Origin: Candidatus Multivorans sp.
Lineage (GTDB): Bacteria; Acidobacteriota; Thermoanaerobaculia; Multivoradales; Multivoraceae
Assembly: GCA_965238135.1 (NCBI GenBank)
Contig: OZ250177.1
Coordinates: forward strand, 541,744-605,743
DNA: 64,000 bases
Direction: 5' to 3'
Shown here: positions 26,983 through 35,576 of the stretch, piece by piece
Position numbering within the stretch: the first letter of the stretch is position 1
Layout: every line of letters begins with the position of its first letter
Position numbers and translations under genes: made by a program
Notes under the pieces: generated by a model
What the model saw: only the letters and a program-made list of their open reading frames with translations
Databases searched by the model: none
Told to the model about the DNA's origin: nothing

Positions 26983-27828
26983 ATGGACATTCGAGAGCGT
27001 CAGAATTGCCAGCGGTCGTTGGAGAGGCTGGTCGCCGTAGGTTGGCTCTATGGACGGGTCAAGAAGGTGGAAGGCTGGCGGCTGGTGTTCATAGTAGGCG
27101 TCGCGGGTCTGCTGCTGTCGGGTCTGGCCGTGGAAGCGGATGCCTACAGCCGAGTGGCGGCGATCGTCGTCGTCTTGCTCTGGTGCATAGACCAGGCGGT
27201 TCTGGTTGCATGCGCCGACAGGATGAAGGAAGAGGCGGCGGCGATTCAAGAAGACTTCGACTGTTTCGTCCTCGGCCTACCGTGGCCGGAGCACTGCGGT
27301 GTCGGGCGGCCGACGGATGACAGGGTGAGAGACTTGGCGACGATGGCAGGTGGGCGAGGCGAGCAGAGGGAGGAGCTGGCTGACTGGTACGGAAGGGACG
27401 GTATTCCCGAGGAACCGCTGTCAGCGCGGCTGTATTGCCAGAGAACCAACTGCCGGTGGGACGAACGACTGCGCAAAGAGTGGATCTGCGCCATCAGATC
27501 CTTCGCGGGCGGGTCGCTGGCTGTGGGCCTCGTTGTGGCAGCGCTGGCCGGCGTCTCGCTGCTCGGGGTGGTTCTTGCGGCGGCGGCGGGACTCAGGCTT
27601 GTTGCGTGGTTGGCGATGGAAGTCAGGGCTCAATCGGCGGCGAGGAAGCGTATGAAAGAGCTGCATGGCTTCCTGTCGCGGCCCGGCGCGCAGACCGGCA
27701 GGCTGACCCTTTGCGACTCCCGGCTCGTGCAGGCGCGACTCTTCGAGCACCGGCGGCTTAGCCCGACTGTGCCGGATTGGTTTTATCGGTTGAGGAAGAC
27801 GGATCACGAGGCGATGGAACCGGGTTGA
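26983..27828 (+). CDS. Membrane protein with 2TM + soluble linker + 2TM architecture (candidate pore-forming effector, SLATT/S-4TM-like)
   Basis: ATG at 26983. TM pairs LVFIVGVAGLLLSGLAVEA / VAAIVVVLLWCIDQAVLVACA and GGSLAVGLVVAALAGVSLLGVVLAAAAGLRLVAWLAMEV, separated by a ~90-aa soluble region; charged C-terminal tail. No catalytic motifs. Confidence 0.55.
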   Translation: MDIRERQNCQRSLERLVAVGWLYGRVKKVEGWRLVFIVGVAGLLLSGLAVEADAYSRVAAIVVVLLWCIDQAVLVACADRMKEEAAAIQEDFDCFVLGLPWPEHCGVGRPTDDRVRDLATMAGGRGEQREELADWYGRDGIPEEPLSARLYCQRTNCRWDERLRKEWICAIRSFAGGSLAVGLVVAALAGVSLLGVVLAAAAGLRLVAWLAMEVRAQSAARKRMKELHGFLSRPGAQTGRLTLCDSRLVQARLFEHRRLSPTVPDWFYRLRKTDHEAMEPG

Positions 27829-27950
27829 ATAGGCACCGTAGCCAACTGGCTGGCCGGACGTGGAAGCAGCCGTCGAGAAGGCCACGGTCTGGGCGCGGAG
27901 GGGCTTCGGATCGTGGAGCGTCCGCCGGTGTCTTCGAAGGGAAGGGTCGA

Positions 27951-28376
27951 CTACGTTCGTCGCTTGCGCAGGATGGAGTCCACGAAGCGGAGAACCGTGG
28001 CCCGTTCGTCGGCGTCGAGTTCCAGTATCTGTCGAACCAGCACGACGGTTGAGTTACGCCGCTGTGCGTCCGACGGGTCCCCGTCGGTGGGAACCCAATG
28101 TGCCCAGGCCGCTAAGGTCTGAAAGTTCAGCCCATAGAGGTCGGCTAGTTCCAGGAGCACGATCGGGTCGGGCTGTCTGATTAGGCCCCGTTCGATCTGG
28201 GACAGGTATGCGTTGGATCGCCCGATGCGTCGTTCTACCTCGCGAAGAGACAGTTGGTAGTGCAGGCGAGCGCGGCGCAGAACGCCACCCACCTGCGGAG
28301 GATCTTGGCGGTGAGTGCGATCTGGCTTAGCCGGGGACCGGGCGGTCGCTGATCTACGGGAAGCGTGATCGGTCAT
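27951..28376 (-). CDS. XRE-family HTH transcriptional regulator with C-terminal extension, divergent from the TRIP13-SMODS operon
   Basis: HTH segment LSLREVERRIGRSNAYLSQIERG followed by a ~70-aa C-terminal domain. Start uncertain (28376 or 28490). Confidence 0.65.
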   Translation of the reverse strand: MTDHASRRSATARSPAKPDRTHRQDPPQVGGVLRRARLHYQLSLREVERRIGRSNAYLSQIERGLIRQPDPIVLLELADLYGLNFQTLAAWAHWVPTDGDPSDAQRRNSTVVLVRQILELDADERATVLRFVDSILRKRRT

Positions 28377-28601
28377 GGTTCTGGGGCCGCTACGACCGAG
28401 GAGCCCGGGAGCCGCAGTGTGTGTGTGTCGAGCGACCCGGCGTTTCGGTTGTTCCGAGCGCGATCCTCTCGGTGCGAGAGGGGCTCGCATGGCTTCGCGG
28501 CTGTCCAGCGCAGGCGACGCTCGCCCTTCCGCCGCCGGGGGAGTTCCAGTCGGTGGAGCCGGGGGTTGCGGTCGATCGGAATGCGAAGTAGAGTTGCACC
28601 T

Positions 28602-29522
28602 ATGCAAACCAGAAGCGCAAATGGGCTGATGGCGGAGTCGGTACGCGTCGTGCGCGTGATGCCAGATCCGGCGTACGCGGGCCTATGGGACTCGATTGTA
28701 GTGGATGCCTCGGTAAAGGACCGGCTGCTCCGAGCGACAGTGTTGAATCTCCGGCTACGCGCCGAGCTGCCGTTCGAGACGACGGCGCTGCACGGGCTCG
28801 TCCTGCTGCATGGACCGCCAGGAACGGGCAAGACGACGTTGGCGCGCGGGCTGGCCCAGGAACTGGCGAAGATCACGGCGGACCGTAAGGCTCGACTGGT
28901 CGAGGTCAACCCGCATGGTCTCATGAGCGCCGAACATGGGGAGAGCCAACGAGCGGTAACGCAACTGCTTACAGAGTACGTGCCGAGCCTTGTTGACGAC
29001 GGGATGGCAACGGTGGTTCTCCTCGACGAGGTCGAGTCGATGGCCATCGCGAGGAGTGAAGCGTCGCTGGGCGCGAATCCAGCAGACGTGCATCGAGCGA
29101 CGGATGCAGTGCTGGCGGCGCTCGACTTGAATACGACGGAGGTCCCCAATTTGGTCTTCGTGGCGACGAGCAACTTCGTCGACGCGCTGGACGAGGCATT
29201 CTTGTCGCGGGCAGACGTCCATATCTGCGTCCCGGCGCCGGATTCTGCGGGGATCGTGGAGATTCTGAAGCACGCGTTTCGGTCGATGGCGCCGGCTTTT
29301 TCCTGCCTCGGCGAGTTGGCCTCCGACCCTCGACTCAAAGAGGTCGCAGGGCGTCTGGCGGGCGCGGACGGCCGACGAGTCCGCAAGACGATCATGGAAG
29401 CGATGTTAGGGCGCCAGGAGACGGTACTGGATCCGGGAAGCACAACGATCGATGATCTGCTCGCGGCGGCGACGCGGGTTATGGAGAACAGCGACATCGA
29501 GCATGGAAGCTCGGAGGGCTGA
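28602..29522 (+). CDS. TRIP13/Pch2-like AAA+ ATPase (CBASS Cap6-like)
   Basis: Walker A [23 protein letters not shown]. The blocks [69 protein letters not shown] align closely with conserved TRIP13 blocks ([22 protein letters not shown] / [21 protein letters not shown] / VLIDEVESL / [30 protein letters not shown]). Start could be 28581-28629. Confidence 0.8.
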   Translation: [306 protein letters not shown]

Positions 29523-29523
29523 A

Positions 29524-30018
29524 ATGGAGCGACAGAGGACAATCGCCGCGTCACCGGTTCGGAGCGCCGCCGAAGCGTGGGACGTTGTAACTACACTGAT
29601 CGCAGAGACGCTTGAGCGCAGCCCTGAGGTCCCGGATGGGAGCGTAGCCGAGGAGTTTGCGGCGCTGGAGGGGCTGGGCCCGGCTCTCATCGCGGCCGGG
29701 CATTTGGAATCGGACGGCCTGGTGCTCTGCGACGATGGCCTGCATGTGACGATTCGGGTCTTGACCGCGGATGCGGCACTCGCAGTCAAGGAGAATCTCA
29801 ATCCCGTGCCCGGTGGCGGGCGTGCTTCGGGTGCGTGGATCCTCTATCTACCTTCGCCCGGAGCACTCGAAACGAGCGTGGCCGGCGCGGCGAAGCGGTC
29901 TGCGCATCTATCTGTAGACGCACCGCCGAAGTCGGCGCCGTTGGCAAAGGGGAAGAAACGGGAGGCAGGTTCGGTCATTGATCTGGGCGCACTCCGCAAG
30001 GCGACATCGAAATGGTGA
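29524..30018 (+). CDS. Small protein of unknown function (164 aa), translationally coupled between TRIP13-like ATPase and SMODS; candidate HORMA-domain protein
   Basis: GGAGGG RBS overlapping the TRIP13 stop. No recognisable motifs; basic disordered C-terminal tail (PPKSAPLAKGKKREAGSVIDLGALRKATSKW). HORMA assignment is inferred from context only. Confidence 0.5.
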   Translation: MERQRTIAASPVRSAAEAWDVVTTLIAETLERSPEVPDGSVAEEFAALEGLGPALIAAGHLESDGLVLCDDGLHVTIRVLTADAALAVKENLNPVPGGGRASGAWILYLPSPGALETSVAGAAKRSAHLSVDAPPKSAPLAKGKKREAGSVIDLGALRKATSKW

Positions 30019-30518
30019 CATCGACCTCGGTCTCGACCTATACGCGCACTCATACGGCTACGCACTTGGCGGACGTCATTCTGGGCTCGATTGCCGACAT
30101 CTTGGGAACGCTTCGCATTGATCCCACGCGGCTGTTTGCGGATTGGGAGACGGATCAGGCGGCCATCTCGAACTGGATTGCGGAAGGCTCGCTCAAGTGC
30201 GTCGCACTCGAATGCCACCGCCCGGACGGAACGGTGAACCCGATCTTCGAGTTCCCGCTGTCGTACACGGGCACGGGGCCGGGGAATCGGAAGTTCACGG
30301 CTGATCGGGCCGCGCTGGCACGCTATCTGGCGAAGCTGCAGCTAGTGCCGGCTGGAACTACATATCGCCTCTTCTGCAGCTTCAATGGACCCCATTCGGT
30401 GCAGGCGGGATGGTCCCCTGGGACAAGGGCGTCCGTTGGGGGCCTGCGCTCGGTGAGCTTTGGGACCCTCGCTGCCGGACCGCACGCCGGCGCGGGAATG
30501 CGCTACTACCGAAAGTAG
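30012..30518 (+). CDS. Small protein of unknown function (168 aa), translationally coupled (ATGGTGA overlap); candidate HORMA-domain protein (Cap7-like size)
   Basis: Overlaps the previous ORF's stop by 7 nt. Gene-like codon usage. No sequence motif recognised. Confidence 0.5.
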   Translation: MVTSTSVSTYTRTHTATHLADVILGSIADILGTLRIDPTRLFADWETDQAAISNWIAEGSLKCVALECHRPDGTVNPIFEFPLSYTGTGPGNRKFTADRAALARYLAKLQLVPAGTTYRLFCSFNGPHSVQAGWSPGTRASVGGLRSVSFGTLAAGPHAGAGMRYYRK

Positions 30519-30526
30519 GTGAGAGG

Positions 30527-31384
30527 ATGAGCTACGTCGACGACGCGTTCGATAAGTTGAAGTCGAATCTCGAGATTACGAAGACCGAGAGCCACCAGGC
30601 GCAGATTCGGCACCAGTTGGTGCGCGAGCACATCGAGGCCTCGTGGGAGTTGGTGGAGCATTTTCTCACCGGCAGCTACAAGCGACACACCAAGACGAAG
30701 AAGCTGAAGGACGTCGACATATTCGTCGTCGTCGATCCAGAGGGGCCGCAGGCCGCATTGGCTGACGGTACGGGAACGGCGGCTGTGCTTGCGTTGCACG
30801 ACTTACTGGCCGAACGCTGGAACGATCTGGGCGCCGACGACAACGTGGTGACGATCCACTATGGCGACGAAGACGTCGCGTCGTACGAGGTCGCTCCGGT
30901 CTTCCCGCGAAGCGGTGGCGGCTATTCGATGCCCAACGGCGTGGCGTGGATGGACACCGACCCGCAGGAGCAAGCGGAGCTCGTGACGGTGAAGAACAAG
31001 GAGTGCGACGCGAAGTTCGTGCCCTTTGTGAAGATGGTCAAGGGAATCAACCGCGAGGCAGGAGACCCAATCGAGCCCGCGTTTCTGATGGAGGTGATGG
31101 CGCTGGACCTTGTGGTAGAGCCGTTTGGCCGGTACAGGGACGAGATCAGGTTCTACCTGGCTTCGGTCGCGGACCAGATTACCGACGACTGGCGGGATCC
31201 AGTCGGGCTTGGTCCGGACGTGAATGCCCGGATGGGGGCCCGCCGTCGGAAAGAGCTGTCGGAGATTGTGCGCGGGTGGCTGGGTGTCGCCGAGGAGGCG
31301 TTGCAGCTTGAATACGAAGGCAAAGAACGGGCGGCGGTAGAGGCGTGGCGCGAGCTGTTCGGCTGGCGCATGCCGAGGCCATGA
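30527..31384 (+). CDS. SMODS / CD-NTase-family nucleotidyltransferase (cGAS/DncV-like cyclic-oligonucleotide synthase)
   Basis: Hallmark pol-beta NTase active site GSYKRHTKTKKLKDVDIFVVVD (GS...[DE]h[DE]h) plus a downstream acidic triad residue in VTIHYGDEDVASYEVAPV. 285 aa. GGTGAGAGG RBS 8 nt after the preceding stop. Confidence 0.8.
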   Translation: MSYVDDAFDKLKSNLEITKTESHQAQIRHQLVREHIEASWELVEHFLTGSYKRHTKTKKLKDVDIFVVVDPEGPQAALADGTGTAAVLALHDLLAERWNDLGADDNVVTIHYGDEDVASYEVAPVFPRSGGGYSMPNGVAWMDTDPQEQAELVTVKNKECDAKFVPFVKMVKGINREAGDPIEPAFLMEVMALDLVVEPFGRYRDEIRFYLASVADQITDDWRDPVGLGPDVNARMGARRRKELSEIVRGWLGVAEEALQLEYEGKERAAVEAWRELFGWRMPRP

Positions 31385-31573
31385 GTTTCGAGTGCCTTCT
31401 ACAGACGCCCGGCCCCGACCGACCGTCATGTCCCACAAGTGCTTACATTGTCTGTTACTTCGCCAACTCCGAGCGGGAAGAAGTGAGCGCTCCCGTCCCA
31501 CCAACCCAGCAAAGCGAACGGCCGATGGGGACCTCTCCGCGGGCCCACCGCTGGCGGGTGCGCTGTACGGCGC

Positions 31574-33041
31574 TCACGGCGCCTCGCCCGCTACCGCCGC
31601 CTGTTCGTCGGCGAGCATGTTGCGGCGGTGGAGGACGTACGCCTTGATCAGCGCGACATCATCGCCGTCGAGGACCGGGGAGAAGTCGGGCATGCCGAGG
31701 TCGACAAGAGCGCCCTCGATCAGGGCGGCCTCGTAGGAGTCGAAGACGCGCTGCGACGACTCGCGCAGGTCGGGCGTGACGCCGCCGGAGACCGCGCCGT
31801 AGCCGTGGCAGACCAGGCAGTACTGGTTGAACAGCCGCCGCCCGGCGTCGATGTCCCTGGTCGAGGCGCCGTGCTCGACGCGGGTGACGCGCACCTCACG
31901 TCGCTCCTGCCGTTCGATCGGCTGGCCGGTGGCGCCCAGGGCATAAACGACGATGCGGCCCTCGCTTTCGACCGCCTGCCGGGCCGAGCGGGTGCCGACG
32001 GTGCCGAAGGCGCCGCCCCAGCCGGACATCACCGCGATGTACTGCGTGCCGCCGCTCTCGAAGGTGATCGGCGGCGCGTCCTCGGCCAGCATCTGACCCG
32101 AGAGGCCGGTGGCGTCGACGACTGCTTGAGGGATGTCCTCGGGTGCCGCGGGGCGCACGCCGAGGTTCCACTGGCCGGGGGTGTACTTGAAGTTCGGGTC
32201 CGGCACGTAGAAGTTCGCCATCTCCATCGCCGGGATGTAGACCAGCCCCGTTTGCGGGCTGAACGACATCGGATGCCAGTTGTGCCCGCCGAGTGGCCCG
32301 GGCGAGACGGCGACTGCCTGGTCGGTGTAGCGGGCGCCGGCCAGTTCGACCGGGCGGCCGGTGGCGAGGTCGACGTGACTGGCCCAGGTCACGGTGACGA
32401 ACTCCTCGGCCGAGATCAGCTCGCCGGTGCGGCGGTCGAGGACGTAGAAGAAGCCGTTCTTGGGCGCCTGCATCAGCACCTGGCGCACCCGGCCGTCAAT
32501 CGGCAGCTCGGCAAGCATGATCGGTTGGGTGGCGGTGTAGTCCCAGGTGTCGCCCGGCGTCGTCTGGTAGTGCCAGACGTGCTCGCCGGTGTCGGGGCGC
32601 AGCGCCACGATCGAGGACAGGAACAGGTTGTCGCCACCGCCGGGGCTGCGGATGTTCCGGTCCCACGGCGAGCCGTTGCCGACGCCGATGTAGAGCAGGT
32701 CGAGTTCGGGGTCGTAGACGATCGAGTCCCACACGGTGCCGCCGCCACCTGCGGTCCACCATTCGCCGGTCCAGGTCTCGGCGGCCATGCGCATCGCCTC
32801 GTTCTCGAAGCCGTCGGCCGGGTTGCCGGGCACGGTGTAGAAGCGCCACGCCAGCTCGCCGGTCTCGGCGTCGTAGGCGTCGACGTAGCCGCGCCCGCGG
32901 CACCGACCAGGGCCGCGTCGTCGACTCCGTAGGCGGCCTCCGCGCGACGGGCCGGCGGCTGGGAGAAGACGGAGGTTATACGACCAGAAACGCCGTGGCT
33001 GCCAAGCCGGCATGGGCGAGAAAGGTGCGCGATGGTCTCAT
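31574..33041 (-). pseudogene. PQQ-dependent quinohemoprotein alcohol dehydrogenase pseudogene (signal peptide joined to distal propeller + cytochrome c domain; internal deletion and at least two frameshifts)
   Basis: ATG at 33041 encodes MRPSRTFLAHAGLAATAFLVV then a stop. The frame then shifts to ...SQPPARRAEAAYGVDDAALVGAAGA, and again near 32887 to GYVDAYDAETGELAWRFYTVPG... through to a C-terminal CLVCH heme-binding cytochrome c domain. About 250 aa of the N-terminal propeller are absent relative to intact paralogs in this window. Confidence 0.7.
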
Positions 33042-33080
33042 CGTGCGAGATCTCCTGCGGTGCGGCGCCGGCCTTCGGCG

Positions 33081-35111
33081 CTACTCGCCGGGGTCGTCGC
33101 CCGCGGCGCTTGCGGGCAGCGCCAGGACGACGAGCTCGGGAGGCGTACCGCCGCCGCCGATGGCGAAGCGGCCGCCGCCGGTGGCGACGGCGAGGTACTG
33201 CCGGCCGCCGTGTTCGTAGCTGATGACGTTCGAGTTCGGTGTCTTCGGCAACTCGATGCCGCCGAGGTATTCGCCGGTCGCCTTGTCGTAGACGCTGATC
33301 TCGGCCGGTATGTCGCGCTGTTCGGCTTTCGGGTCGCCCGAGTGTTCCGGGTTCGCGGTGACGAACAGCAGCGTGGGCGTGACCAGGGGCGCCGCGGTGT
33401 GGTTGACCTGGCCGAGCCGGCCGAGTTCCAGGTGGGCGATGGCTGGATGGTTCACCGGCCCTACGCCGTGCGGCACCATCCACAGGTGCTCGCCGGTGTT
33501 CAGATCGATCGCCGTGATCCGCCCGTACGGCGGCTTCACCAGCGGCAGGCCCCGGGGTCCTTCGACCGTCTGGTACCAGCGATCCGGCACGAAGTTCAGG
33601 TCGGAGCGGTTCGGATCGGGCTTGGTCAGGGACACGCTGGCCGAACGGGTATGCGAGACGACGTAGAGGATCCCGGCTTCGGGATCGACCGCGGCGCCGG
33701 TCCAGTTCGCGCCGCCGCCGTCGGCCGGCAACTGGATCGTCGGCTTGCCCGACTTCCCGAAGCGTGGCGGCGTGTAGAGCGGTACCAGGTCGTAGTCGGC
33801 TGCGATCTCGAGGGCCTCGGCGCGGAGTTCGGGAGTCCAGTCGATCAGGTCGTCTTCGGTGATGCCCTGGCGATCGAAAGCGGCCGGCCGGGTCGGGAAC
33901 GGCTGGGTCGGCGCGGCGCGTTCGCCGGGCACGTCGCTGGGCGGCGCCTCCCGTTCCTCGATCTCCCACACCGGCTCGCCGTTCGTCCGATCGAAGACGA
34001 AGGCGAAGGCCTGCTTGGTGACCTGAGCCACGCCGAGCACCTGCTTGCCGTCCACCGTGGCCTCGAACAGGTTCGGGGCGGTCGGCGGGTCGTAGTCCCA
34101 CAGGCCGTGGTGGACGAACTGGTAGTGCCACTGGCGCTCCCCGGTCTCGCAGTCGACCGCCACGATGCTCTCGGCGTACAGGTTGTCGCCGAGGCGGTGG
34201 CCGCCGTACAAGTCGTTGGTCGGCGTGCCGATCGGCAGGTAGGCGACGCCCGCCTCCTCGTCTACCGCGATCATCGACCAGACGTTCGTGTTGCCGCTGT
34301 AGCGCCAGGAGTCGTCCTCCCAGGTTTCGACACCGAGTTCGTCGTCCTGGGGAATCGTGTGGAACACCCAGGCGAGCTCGCCGGTGGGGATGTCGTAGGC
34401 GCGCACGAAGCCGGGCGGTGCCTCCTTGTGGGTGGCGAAGTCGGCGACGATCGAGCCCACGATCACCGTGTTGCCGCAGATTGCGGGCGGCGAGCTGTGG
34501 GTCGTCAGGCGCTCCATCACCTCGCGGCCGAGGTGGGGGGTCATCTCGACCGCGCCGCCGTCGCCGAAGGCTGGGTCGGGGTCGCCGGTCGCGGCGTCGA
34601 GGGACACGAGCCGGCGGTCGTGGGTCGGAATGAGCACCCGTTCGCGTTCGCCGTCCGTCCAGTAGGCCACCCCGCGGTGCTGGAAGCCCAGGTTTGCCGG
34701 CCGGCCGGCGCGCCAGCTTTCGGGATCGTAGCTCCAGAGCGTCTCGCCGCTGTCCGCATCGATCGCGGCGACCTGGCTGAGCGATGTGGACACGAAGATC
34801 CGGCCCGCGACCTCGAGCGGAATCGCCTTGAACTGGCTGCGCCGTACGGTGCTCGGGACCTCCGTGTCGGCGGCGATCGACCGCCAGCGCCAGACGACCT
34901 CGACGTCCTGGAAGTTGTCGCGGTCGATCTCGTCGAGCGTCGAGTACTTGCTGTTGCCGGGATCGCCGCCGAAAGCCGGCCAGTCGCCGGAGGCGCCGGT
35001 CTGAGCCGGGAGGGGTGGGCTCGCCAGAGCGGCGGCGAGTGCCAGGGCCGCCGCAGCCAGGAGAGGAGTGGAGTGCGGGGTCAGGACAGCAGGCCGATCA
35101 GGCGGGCCCAT
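33081..35111 (-). CDS. PQQ-dependent dehydrogenase (quinoprotein, 8-bladed beta-propeller), secreted
   Basis: Signal-like N-terminus then W-rich propeller repeats (GELAWVFHTIPQDD..., GERQWHYQFVHHGLWDYD...). No cytochrome c domain. Start at 35111 overlaps the upstream membrane-protein gene by ~30 nt; start uncertain. Confidence 0.75.
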   Translation of the reverse strand: MGPPDRPAVLTPHSTPLLAAAALALAAALASPPLPAQTGASGDWPAFGGDPGNSKYSTLDEIDRDNFQDVEVVWRWRSIAADTEVPSTVRRSQFKAIPLEVAGRIFVSTSLSQVAAIDADSGETLWSYDPESWRAGRPANLGFQHRGVAYWTDGERERVLIPTHDRRLVSLDAATGDPDPAFGDGGAVEMTPHLGREVMERLTTHSSPPAICGNTVIVGSIVADFATHKEAPPGFVRAYDIPTGELAWVFHTIPQDDELGVETWEDDSWRYSGNTNVWSMIAVDEEAGVAYLPIGTPTNDLYGGHRLGDNLYAESIVAVDCETGERQWHYQFVHHGLWDYDPPTAPNLFEATVDGKQVLGVAQVTKQAFAFVFDRTNGEPVWEIEEREAPPSDVPGERAAPTQPFPTRPAAFDRQGITEDDLIDWTPELRAEALEIAADYDLVPLYTPPRFGKSGKPTIQLPADGGGANWTGAAVDPEAGILYVVSHTRSASVSLTKPDPNRSDLNFVPDRWYQTVEGPRGLPLVKPPYGRITAIDLNTGEHLWMVPHGVGPVNHPAIAHLELGRLGQVNHTAAPLVTPTLLFVTANPEHSGDPKAEQRDIPAEISVYDKATGEYLGGIELPKTPNSNVISYEHGGRQYLAVATGGGRFAIGGGGTPPELVVLALPASAAGDDPGE

Positions 35112-35554
35112 ACCGAGACGCTGGTCCAGATGCCGATCGACAGCGCACCGACCACCTTGGGCCAGTGTCCCAGCGTTCCTTCTTCGGCGAACGCGACGCG
35201 GCGTCGGATGGTGAAGTTGAAGAGCAGCCCGATGACGATGATCTGCATCTTCCACCAGAAGAACGGGCTGTAGTACTGCTTGAGCGCCGTGGACAGGACC
35301 TGCGGCGCGCCGGTGACGAACAGGGCCACGAAGCTCCAGATCATCCAGCGGTCGGCCTCGCGGGCGAGCCGGGCGGTCGATGTCTTGATCAGACCGCGAC
35401 CGAGCAGCCGCATGTCGACCAGCAGCACGGCACCGGCAAACGCCACCAGGGCGACGAGGTGCACGCACTGGATGATCGGCGATGCCCAGGTCTCCTCCAG
35501 CATCCAGGCGCTGAAGGACAGACCCTGCATCCACTCGAAGAAGGACTGCATCAC
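35081..35554 (-). CDS. Small integral membrane protein (4 TM), paralog of the next gene
   Basis: 157 aa, FEWMQGLSFSAWMLE... N-terminus; shares motifs with 35577-36107 (FEWxxxL...S...; W...L..M..G.N; M.Y.GL). Confidence 0.6.
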   Translation of the reverse strand: MMQSFFEWMQGLSFSAWMLEETWASPIIQCVHLVALVAFAGAVLLVDMRLLGRGLIKTSTARLAREADRWMIWSFVALFVTGAPQVLSTALKQYYSPFFWWKMQIIVIGLLFNFTIRRRVAFAEEGTLGHWPKVVGALSIGIWTSVSVWARLIGLLS

Positions 35555-35576
35555 TGATCGATCCTCCGTTGTCGGC

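Noticed and set aside
32473-35273. 552-aa (minus) and 753-aa (plus) ORFs over the PQQ region
   Set aside because: Alternative-frame or antisense artefacts of the PQQ dehydrogenase genes in high-GC DNA.
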